Assembly (NCBI GenBank): GCA_964016885.1
Contig: OZ024751.1
Span: 9,486,001-9,550,000, forward strand
Source: Eledone cirrhosa
Lineage: Eukaryota
Reading direction: 5' to 3'
Length of the DNA: 64,000 nt
Every line of letters starts with the position of its first letter. Within the stretch, counting starts at the first letter, position 1. Below the pieces are notes generated by a model that searched no databases, had not been told where the DNA came from, and saw only the letters and a list, made by a program, of their open reading frames with translations. Made by a program: the position numbers and the translations under genes. Positions 52,273 through 64,000 of this stretch are shown here, one piece after another.

Positions 52273-53429
52273 TTATTGATCTATGTAAGTTTACAAACTA
52301 TCAGACAGAGAGAATATTTACTTACATGCATATCACCAGCTGTTTTCAAAAGCAATAATAATTTTATTCAATAATAATTTAACTCAGAATTAGTATCATG
52401 TCCCTATTTCGAGGTAGTTGAAGAATTAACGAATCAAATTGTTTTTTTCATATGGTGTTAAGATGAAAAGTAATACACTTTAGTTGAGGTCATGATCCTT
52501 TGAAAGGAATGGTTGAAAGGTGTTTGTAGAAATGGCATAAAAATCTATTAGGAAGGGGATTGTCAAACTGATAGTTGAATGTATCTTATGTAGTAAATTT
52601 AAAAGGAATGTCAAAATAAATGGTGATTAGTGTTCTATTGAGTTTTAAGGTGAATATAAATTAATATTATGGCTAGGAAAGATAGTATATTAAAAGATGA
52701 AAATTATAATAAGATAATGTGATATAGTAATGCGATAATATACAACTTAACCAACACAATATAGTACGGTGTGGTAAATTGCACTCAGTATAATATAACA
52801 TATTATACGCTCTCAAATATTACTAAATATGTTTATACATAAACAATCAAACTCAGATAAATACTTGCTGGCATAGTTAAAACACATACATTTCATAGTC
52901 TACAAAGTGCATATATTCACACTACATAAAGGGAGAGGTACAATTATATTGATATCTAACCAAAATATACATACGTGCAAATAGATGCAAACCTAAATAC
53001 ACATCCACACGCATGCATATAATCATATATATACACATATCCATACATATCTATATCCACACATACACATCTATACACCCATATATACATATACAGATAC
53101 ATATATATATATATATATACACACTCATACATACATGAGCAAACATATACTCATACACATACATACATACATACACATATACACATATATACATATATAT
53201 ATATATACATATATACACATATATATATACATGCCCCAGCATGGCCTCAGCCGGATGGCTGAAACAGGTAAAAGAGTAAAAGAGTAATACATATATATAT
53301 ATATATACACACGCACACGCACACATACATAATACATATATACATGTACATACATATAGACACACGCATACATACATACATACATACATATATACATACA
53401 CATATACACATATATACATATATATATAC

Positions 53430-53460
<31 letters not shown>

Positions 53461-53613
53461 CATACACACACATATATATATATACATATACAACACACAC
53501 ACACACATATATATATACACACTTGTGTGAGCATATGTACACTCCTCTTATATGTGCAGATACTCATATATATAAACATTCATACACCTATACTCACATA
53601 TACACACACACAA

Positions 53614-53698
<85 letters not shown>

Positions 53699-53826
53699 CA
53701 TACATACACACACACATACATATATATATATACACATATATATACACACCCATATATATATCTATATATATATGGGTGTGTATATATATGTGTATATATA
53801 TATATGTATGTGTGTGTGTATGTTTG

Positions 53827-53930
<104 letters not shown>

Positions 53931-53963
53931 TGTGTGTGTATATGTGCGTATAGGTGTATGAAT

Positions 53964-53997
<34 letters not shown>

Positions 53998-53999
<2 letters not shown>

Positions 54000-54131
54000 C
54001 GAAGGAAATGTGGTAAGGAACCAGGTGGACCATAACGCACCAAAGTACTCAATACTTGAGGTAGTAGAGTGGGTAATAGGAACCAGTAAGACCCCGACAG
54101 CTGAGCTCAAGCCGTTTCGACGGCTAATTCT

Positions 54132-54134
<3 letters not shown>
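53998..54134 (-). mobile_element. Half-hammerhead family copy (no inverted arm)
   Basis: Matches 28593-28729 and stops at ctaattctgga, the same point as the palindrome axis in other copies. Confidence 0.85.
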
Positions 54135-54201
<67 letters not shown>

Positions 54202-54358
54202 TTTACGTATCGAGAAAGAGAAAAAAAAGGGGGGATAGGTGATACATATAGTTATTTGCCAAGTAGCGTATGCCAAAGGTGCTCGATACTAGTGCCGGCA
54301 GTATTAAATATTCGAAGTGTTAATATTTAGTGGGCTAGAGAGTTAGCAGAGCGTAAGC

Positions 54359-55387
54359 ACGTGGGAAAGTAAAAATCGGAGAATAGACCGTTAAAACATG
54401 TTTATTTAAAATATCACCTACGTACGTTTCGCCCAGTTGGGCTTCTCCAAGGGCATAAATAATCACAAGTGTTCCATATATAGTTCGGAAAGAGTTTTCG
54501 GGGTTAAATCTACATCAAGATTCATTGCTCGCAAAAATATCTTGTTTTGATTTTGCAGCAGGTCAAGGGAGGTAACTCTGGCCGGTGTTAGGGCAGTCTT
54601 TTCCGGATAATTTTTTTTTTTTTTTTTCTGCCGCATCCGTTGTATGCACTATTACTAGCCACAATAGCGTTAAACATTATATAGGGGCCACCTCCGGCCC
54701 GTTCAAAATTAGGTTTCGAACACATATCCACTCTTTCACAAATAGAAAACTAAGGTACTCCACTTCGCTCGCGGACTACATCACATCACTAAAGGACTCA
54801 AACATCAGCTTCTCCACGCACTGGGAGATTGTCGGCAGGGCTGTACCGTACAACTTCAAGAGGAAATGCGATCTTTGCCTCATGGAGCTCTACCACATCA
54901 TAACTGCACCCCACGAGCTCATCAACAGCAGAGATGAAACAGCGATAAGTTTTACGCATCGCTTAAAAATGTCCTTCTTTAGATGGGTTAAGGATGAAGA
55001 GTGAAATAGTACACTGGATCTCCCTGCAACAAGTCTTAACACCCCGGCGAGCAGGCGCTGCAAAATAACACCCAGAAAACAATCCTTGCATACCAGACCC
55101 AGCCTCAGACAAACGGATGCGGCAAAAAAAAAAAAAATTTATCCGGGAAAGACTGCCCTAACACCGGCCAGAGTTACCTCCCTTGACCTGCTGCAAAATC
55201 AAAACAAGATATTTTTGCGAGCAATGAATCTTGATGTAGATTTAACCCCCAAAACTCTTTCCGAACTATATATGGAACACTTGTGATTATTTATGCCCTT
55301 GAGAAACCCTACTGGGCGAAACGTACGTAGGTGATATTTTAAATAAACATGTTTTAACGGTCTATTCTCCGATTTTTACTTTCCCAC

Positions 55388-55389
<2 letters not shown>
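54359..55389 (+). mobile_element. 5'-truncated Naiad-type PLE with inverted pseudo-LTRs, nested in the larger element
   Basis: 54359-54643 mirrors ~55108-55389. The core encodes HYIGATSGPFKIRFRTHIHSF..STSLADYI..W..CDLCLME..INSRDE. Confidence 0.88.
55297..55331 (+). ncRNA. Hammerhead motif with U3-A8 covariant core (mirror copy ~54417-54452)
   Basis: cc-TTGAGAA-accc-tact-gggc-GAAA-cgtacg-TA^gg. The mirror copy has a perfect gccca/tgggc stem II. Confidence 0.6.
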
Positions 55390-55462
<73 letters not shown>

Positions 55463-55617
55463 CATACATATACATACTCATATACATACATATACATATA
55501 CATACACAGACACATATATATATATACACATATACATACATATACATATACATACACAGAAATATATATATACATATATATATATACATATATATATATA
55601 TACATATATATATATAC

Positions 55618-55694
<77 letters not shown>

Positions 55695-56372
55695 AATATA
55701 TACACACATAAATATATTTCCATATCATACATAGATGTTTATTTTCACTCATGCAATTACAGGTGGCTGTGTATCTTGTTACCTTTAGTCATTAACGCAT
55801 AAATCTTAGGAAGCTAAAACATTAAAAGGCAAAAATAAGCATGAAAGCATATAATTAGGGGAAAGAGGTAATAATAAATGTTATTCTATACGGAATTATA
55901 GTGAGTTGCTACTTAGAATATTTAATTAGGTTTATAGTATGTAATTAGGTTTATAGTATTTAAATGTTTTTCGTATACGGTGATTACATACTATGATCAA
56001 TTCCTGTCTTTTATTTAATAAATCGTCCTTAGATTTGGTAATTTCCAAGATTCTTCTGAACATAATCCGCATTCCCTCCTGTTTCCAAGATATGGAGGAA
56101 CTCTTCTAGAACACAACACAATATTATAAGGGATAATAAAAACTTAACTAAAACCCGCAAAAGAAACATAACATGGTACAACGCACCCTTCAACCTGCAA
56201 ACTACTTGATAAATCCCCCAAAAAATTATTTGAAATACTACATAAACATTTTCCACCAAACCACAGATACCACCAAATATTTAACAAATATACTGTTAAA
56301 TTCTCATACTCTACATCAAACAATCTCAAACAAAAAATAAGCAACTACAACATTTATAAACTTTAAAATAAT

Positions 56373-57056
56373 ATGACTACACCACCGCAACATAATTTAA
56401 ATAGGACTGCAACTTTTAAAAAGACAAATAATACAATCCTTCAACCTAGAAAACACAACCACCCAAATCACCAACACAAAAACAACAGAACACAAAATTA
56501 CAATACAACTCTAGCACCAAACCACCCACAAAGCAACCTTCATTCTCCTGCTATCATTAATTACAATAGGAATAGCTCAAGGATAAATGAGAATAGTATA
56601 GGCACCCCCCAAAACCATCTTACGTATGGCTGTAATTGTAGAAATAGAAGCATTTGCCCCTTAAATGGAAACTCTTTTATTAATAATGTAGTATTTAAAT
56701 GCACTGTGTCTACTACAGACTCCAACAAAACATATATAGGATCTACATCAAACACATTTGAGAAAAGATTTTACGCATACTCTCGTAGTTTCAACAATAC
56801 TAAACTAGCAAACACCACATCTTTAGCTGAAGCGGTAAATAATTATAAAATGAAAAAAATAGATTTTAAGTTATCGTGGAACACCATTTTATACAAAAAT
56901 TCATATCTTGGAAACAGGAGGGAATGCGGATTATGTTCAGGAGAGATCTTGGAAATTACCAAATCTAAGGACGATTTATTAAATAAAAGGCAGGAATTGA
57001 TCATAGTCTGTAATCCCCGTATACGAAAAACATTTAAATACTATAAACCTAATTAA
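56373..57056 (+). pseudogene. Naiad-type GIY-YIG endonuclease domain
   Basis: GCNCRNRSICPLNG..NVVFKC..TYIGSTSNTFEKRF..TSLA..CGLCSGE..LLNKRQE. Confidence 0.88.
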
Positions 57057-57321
57057 ATACTATAAAACTAATTAAATACTATAAACCTAATTAAATATTC
57101 TAAATAGCAACTCACTATAATTCCGTGTAGAATAACATTTATTAGTACCTCTTTCCCCTAATTATATGCTTTCGTGCTTATTTTTGCCTTTTAATGTTTT
57201 AGCTTCCTTAGATTTATGCGTTAATGACTAAAGGTAACAAGATACACAGCCAGACGTAATTGCATGAGTGGAAATAAACATCTATGTATGATATGGAAAT
57301 ATATTTATGAGTGTATATATT

Positions 57322-57372
<51 letters not shown>

Positions 57373-57682
57373 GTGTGTATATATATGTTTATGTATGTGT
57401 ATATGTGTATATATGTATATGTTTGTGTATGTGTGTGTATGTGCGTGTGTGTGTATATCTATATGTATGTATATGTGTATATATATGTATGTATATGTGT
57501 ATATATATATATATGGTTGTGTATATATATATGTGTATATGTATGTATGTGTGTATATATATATATATATATATGTGTGTATATATGTATTTGTGTGTAT
57601 GTATATGTGAGTATAGGTGTATGAATGTTTATATATGAGTATGTGCACATATAACAAGAGTGTACATATGCTCACACAAGTC

Positions 57683-57731
<49 letters not shown>

Positions 57732-57819
57732 TGTATATGTATATATATATGTGTGTATGTATATGTATATATATATATGTGTGTGTATGTATATGTATAT
57801 ATATGTATATATATATGTA

Positions 57820-57859
<40 letters not shown>

Positions 57860-57878
57860 ATATATATGTATATATATA

Positions 57879-57914
<36 letters not shown>

Positions 57915-58008
57915 TGTGTATATATGTATATATGTGTATATGTGTATGCATATATGTGTGAATGTATGTGTGTCTATATGTACGTACATGTATATATGTA
58001 TGTATGTA

Positions 58009-58083
<75 letters not shown>

Positions 58084-59172
58084 GCACACATACAAACATA
58101 CATATATAGATGTACGTACATATAGACACACACATGCATACATATATACATACACATATACACATATATAGATATATACACACATATATATATATATATA
58201 CATTTATATATATATACATATATATACATATACATACACACACATATATATACATATACAACTCACACAACACACACATACACATATATATATATATATA
58301 CACACTTGTGTGAGCATATGTACACTCCTCTTATATGTGCACATACTCATATATAAACATTCATACACCTATATATATATATGTATATACATATGTGTAT
58401 ATGTGTATGCATCTGTATATGTATATGTATATATGGGGGTATAGATGTGTATGTGTGGATATAGATATGTATGGATATGTATATATATGATTATATGCAT
58501 GCGTGTGGATGTGCATTTAGGTTTGCATCTTTTTGCACGTATGTATATTTTGGTTAGATATCAATATAATTGTACCTCTCTCTATATGTGGTGTGAATAT
58601 ATGCACTTTGTAGACTATGAAATGTATGTGTTTTAATTATGCCAACATGTACTTATCTGAGTTTGATTGTTTATGCATAAACATACTTACTAATATTTGA
58701 GAGCGTATAATATGTTATATTATACTGAATGCAATTTACCACACCGTACTATATTGTGTTGGTTAAGTTGTATATTATCGCATTACTATTTCACATTATC
58801 TTATTATAATTTTCATCTTTTAATATACTATCTTTCCTAGCCATAATATTAATTTATATTCACCTTAAAACTCAATAGAACACTAATCACCATTTATTTT
58901 GACATTCCTTTTAAATTTACTACATAAGATACATTCAACTATCAGTTTGACAATCCCCTTCCTTCCTAATAGATATTTATGCCATTTCTACAAACACCTT
59001 TCAACCATTCCTTTCAAAGGGTCATGACCTCAACTAAAGTGTATTACTTTTCATCTTAAAACCATATGAAAAAAACAATTCGATTCGTTAGTTCTTCAAC
59101 TACCTCCAAATATGGACATGATACTAATTCTGAGTAAAATTATTATTGAATAAAATTATGAAACACATTTTG

Positions 59173-59234
59173 TATTTTATCTGATGAAAGCGTATCAAAG
59201 TTTTTGGTACCCTTGAAATATATATAATAGAATA
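59173..59234 (+). ncRNA. Type I hammerhead ribozyme
   Basis: tattttat-CTGATGA-aagcgtatcaaa..tttggtaccctt-GAAA-tatata-TA^atagaata, with an 8-bp stem I. Confidence 0.82.
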
Positions 59235-59273
59235 AATATGCTTTTATAAATATAGTCTACTTTTATTTAATAC

Positions 59274-59337
<64 letters not shown>

Positions 59338-59963
59338 GTGTGTATGTATGTTTGAGAAAGAGCGAGAAATCTTTTACATTTCTTCAAAGGGTTCTTGTTT
59401 TTATCTCAACTTGGAATGAAAGGGTTAATTTCGTCCTCATAACAAAAGACAAATACAGAAATTAAAACAGTAAAATGATAAAATTAAATCTATACTTACT
59501 GGCTTTTAATGGAGGAAACAAAATTATGAAAAAAGATATCAAATACTTGAATCATATTTTTATCAATACTAGGTAATCAACTATAGATATTGATATTAAA
59601 TGCAGTGATATATATATTTTATTACTGATACATTTCAGTAAAACATTCTAGCAATAACGATCACCAATCGATTGAATTTATCTCTTTAACTGGGATTATA
59701 AGAAACGAAGAAATATTTCTCATCTAGAAACTAAATGAGATATGTAGCTAAAAACTTCATGCATACTTATAAAAGTTTTAATGAATATGACGGCACGGTA
59801 AATATTAAGATCGATAATAAATTAAACGCATTTCAATAAATAACAAAAATTCCTATTCCGAATTGTGACAGGAAATTAAAGTAGTCAGGAGGGAAATTGC
59901 ACATGTTAAGCAATAATAACGGACAAGAGAAATACAGATTAACGTGGAATATGGTAAGAGGTG

Positions 59964-60000
<37 letters not shown>

Positions 60001-60017
60001 TTATATATTTATTTATA

Positions 60018-60081
<64 letters not shown>

Positions 60082-60117
60082 CTTTTTTTATATAATCAAT
60101 ATATATATATTTATTTA

Positions 60118-60252
<135 letters not shown>

Positions 60253-60672
60253 CTTTTTTTTATATAATCACAAAATATATAATATACAAATAACAAATAT
60301 GATAGGTTGAAAATAGACCTGCAGTGTATACAGGTTGAGGATGTAGTAAGGGAAGATTTATATGAAATAAGCAAGTTTTTTTATGGCGGTGGTGGGGTTA
60401 TTTTAGACATTTTTACATGTTAATAATTCAAGGGAAGTGATGGCAGGTCAATATTCTTTACTTGCACTAGGAAAGAAACAAACCTGTCAAACATGGAAAT
60501 ACTTATTGTTCTCATGCATGCCTTGCTATAAATTATCCTTTACCGGAAAGTAACATTGAACTGTTGCTATATGTTGTGTGTGTGTATCTGTGTTGCTTGC
60601 GTTAAAAATATATTCATTATATATATATATGCATAGTTATATATATACGATTATGTACATATATATATATAG

Positions 60673-60754
<82 letters not shown>

Positions 60755-60827
60755 TCACATATGAATATATATATATATATTAAAAATATATATATATTTA
60801 TATATATTAAATATACATATATAGATG

Positions 60828-60888
<61 letters not shown>

Positions 60889-61060
60889 ATTTAAATATAT
60901 ATACATATATATAAATGTATATATATATATGTATATATACATATATATATATACAACTATTTATATATATATACATATATATATATGTATATATATAAAT
61001 ATGTATATATCTATCTATATATATATATATGTATGTATATATATATATATATATATATAT

Positions 61061-61253
61061 AACGAAGGAAATGTGGTAAGGAACCATATGGACCATAACG
61101 CACCAAAGTATTAAATACTTAGGGTAGTAGAGTGGGTAATAGGAACGAGTAGGAGCCCGACGGCTGAGCTCAAGCCATTTCGACGGCTAATTCCGGACAC
61201 AGAATTAGCCGTCGAAACGGCTTGAGCTCAGCCATCGGAGTCCTACACGTTCC
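61061..61253 (-). mobile_element. Half-hammerhead family, palindromic copy (more diverged)
   Basis: Same terminus as the other copies. Hairpin ~61140-61255 has its axis again at ctaattc.gga. (TA)n on both sides. Confidence 0.85.
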
Positions 61254-61297
61254 TATATATATATATATATGTACATTTACATATATATATATATATG

Positions 61298-61391
<94 letters not shown>

Positions 61392-61603
61392 GATATATAT
61401 ATACATGTATTTTTATATATATATATGTATATATGTATATATATATATCTATATATATATATGTATATATATATAGATATATATATACATGTATTTATAT
61501 ATATATACAGTATATGTAAATGTATATATATATATAGGTACATGTATGCAAATATTTACATGTATATATATACAGTATATGTACATGTATATATATATAG
61601 GTG

Positions 61604-61728
<125 letters not shown>

Positions 61729-61816
61729 TTGTATATGTACATATATATATGTATATGTATATAAATATATATATGTATAAATATATGTATTTATATATAT
61801 ATATATATATATATAT

Positions 61817-61910
<94 letters not shown>

Positions 61911-62466
61911 GGTTATTTCAATGACTTTTTTTTTTCGTTGTGGACTATTAAATGTTGGCAAGACTTAAAATTGGTTCCAAAACTACACCAAACTTTGGTC
62001 CGTCATTCTCCTGATTCAATCTTGCGCAGGAATATAAAGTAAACCCCCAAAATTATATGATACCTTTTAACTGCCAATAAATTACTATAAATATTAATAT
62101 GTCTTCGAGGAACCAAATTTATTTGAATAAAATATTAATAACTTTAGGAAAGTGAAATTCGGTAGTTCTATTTGATTTAATTTTTTATCTAGTTATGCAT
62201 ACAAAAAAATAACAAAAACAAGCAGACACAAAAATATATATTGGTATATGTGTGTGTGTGTGTCTGAATAGTGTGTTAGTTTGTTTATACACATACACAC
62301 ACACTCACACACTCACACACACACTCTTCAGACACACACACATACACACATGTGTGCTTGTTTATACACTCGCACACACACACACTCACACACACACTCA
62401 CACACACACACTCACACATACACACTCACTCACGCACAAATGTTTTTGCATATTTGCATATATGTA

Positions 62467-62502
<36 letters not shown>

Positions 62503-62529
62503 CATACATTGCATGTATATATGTGTATG

Positions 62530-62669
<140 letters not shown>

Positions 62670-62879
62670 CTAAGGTGGGATTAATTATAAGTTGTATTGA
62701 ACGTAGGTGTATAGTTTACTCTTTTACCTGTTGCAGCCATCCGGCTGAGGCCATGATTTGTTTAATGCTAGGTCTTCGTAAGACGCTACTCGGAGTTTCT
62801 CGATGTCTGTGTAAGGTTCTGTACATTAGTCTGTCTCAATAAATCTATTTATTTTCAATGAGTTTGTGTAGAGGTAGGA

Positions 62880-63545
62880 AGTGTAGAGGTGTTTCCAGTG
62901 TACCAGGATGGACCTGCCTTGGTTTAGAGGTGTTTGACTGTACCAGGATGGATTTGTCGAGGTGTGTAGCAGGATGGACCTTTCGTAGTGTAGAGGTTTT
63001 TCCATGGTACCAGGATGGATCTGTCGTGGTTTAGTGGTGTTCACAGGGCACCAGGATGGACCTGTCGGGGTGTGGAGGTATTTGACTGTACCAGAATGGA
63101 TTTGTCGAGGTGTGGTGGTCTTTGACTGTACCAGCATGGATTTGTCGAGGTGTGTAGCAGGATGGACCTTTCGTTGTGTAGAGGTTTTTCCAGTGTACCA
63201 GGATGGATCTGTCGTGGTTTAGAGGTGTTCCCAGGGCACCAGGATCGACCTGTCGGGGTGTGGAGGTATTTGACTGTACCAGGATGGACCTTTCGTAGTG
63301 TAGAGTTTTTCCAGTGTACCAGGATAGATCTGTCGTGGTTTAGAGGGGTTCCCAGGGCACCAGGATGGACCTGTCGGGGTGTGGAGGTATTTGACTGTAC
63401 CAGGATGGACCTTTCGTAGTGTAGAGGTTTTTCCATGGTACCAGGATGGATCTGTCGTGGTTTAGTGGTGTTCCCAGGGCACCAGGATGGACCTGTCGGG
63501 GTGTGGAGGTATTTGACTGTACCAGAATGGACCTGTCACGGTGTA
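62880..63545. repeat. Minisatellite of ~40-bp monomers with a ~121-bp three-monomer higher-order unit
   Basis: The monomer anchor is accaggatgga. caccaggat.gacctgtcgggg recurs at 63237, 63358 and 63480. Confidence 0.9.
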
Positions 63546-63607
63546 TTCAGAGATGTTTGTCGTGAAGCTGCACGAGAAGACCAAGAGTAACTAAATCACC
63601 TATTTTG

Positions 63608-64000
63608 AACACACACAGACAGAGGACACACACGTACACACACACAGATACAGACAGATACAAGACACACACAGAGACAAGACAAACACAGACAAGACAC
63701 ACACACAGATATAAGACACACACAGAGACAAGACACATAGACACACACACAGATACAAGACACACACACAGACAAGACACACACACACAGACAAGATACA
63801 TACACACACACAGAGAGAGAAGACACACACAGAGACAAGACATATAGACACACACACACAGACAAGACACACACAGAGACAAGACACATACACACACACA
63901 CAGAGACAAGACACATACTCACACATAGAGAGACAAGACACACACACACAGAGACAAGACACATACACACACATAGAGAGACAAGACACATACACACACA
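63608..64000. repeat. Degenerate (agacaagac(ac)n) minisatellite
   Basis: Directly visible and continues to the window end. Confidence 0.9.

Noticed and set aside
62880-63545. CRISPR-like repeat-spacer array and ORFs 62826..63137 / 63041..63436
   Set aside because: The 'spacers' are themselves repeated, no cas genes are present, and the context is eukaryotic. It is a minisatellite.

Overview
This is eukaryotic, AT-rich, microsatellite-saturated genomic DNA with no confidently identifiable host gene and no prokaryotic features. The SINE families and repeat landscape suggest an octopod cephalopod (inference, not verified). The unique sequence consists almost entirely of retroelements inserted into simple repeats. 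(i) At least seven Penelope-like element (PLE) insertions: a Neptune-like RT-GIY-YIG at 1-1350, a near full-length Naiad-type element with direct pseudo-LTRs at 33275-38538, and several 5'-truncated copies with inverted pseudo-LTRs. (ii) More than 15 type I hammerhead-ribozyme (HHR) motifs, intact or decayed, some with shared non-canonical cores. (iii) A head-to-tail stack of three diverged L1/Tx1 elements, each joined at (GATA)n. (iv) RTE-clade LINEs, one with three C2H2 fingers. (v) tRNA-derived SINEs with an insertion hotspot, a mariner-type MITE and satellites. The strongest candidates for something new are a young, non-coding 467-bp HHR-bearing unit arranged inverted plus tandem (retrozyme/circRNA-like, 22398-23780), a recurrent 'half-hammerhead' palindromic mini-element, and the (GATA)n-linked Tx1 array. 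Most ORFs in the track are microsatellite artefacts. All calls come from reading the sequence by eye, and coordinates may be off by a few bases.
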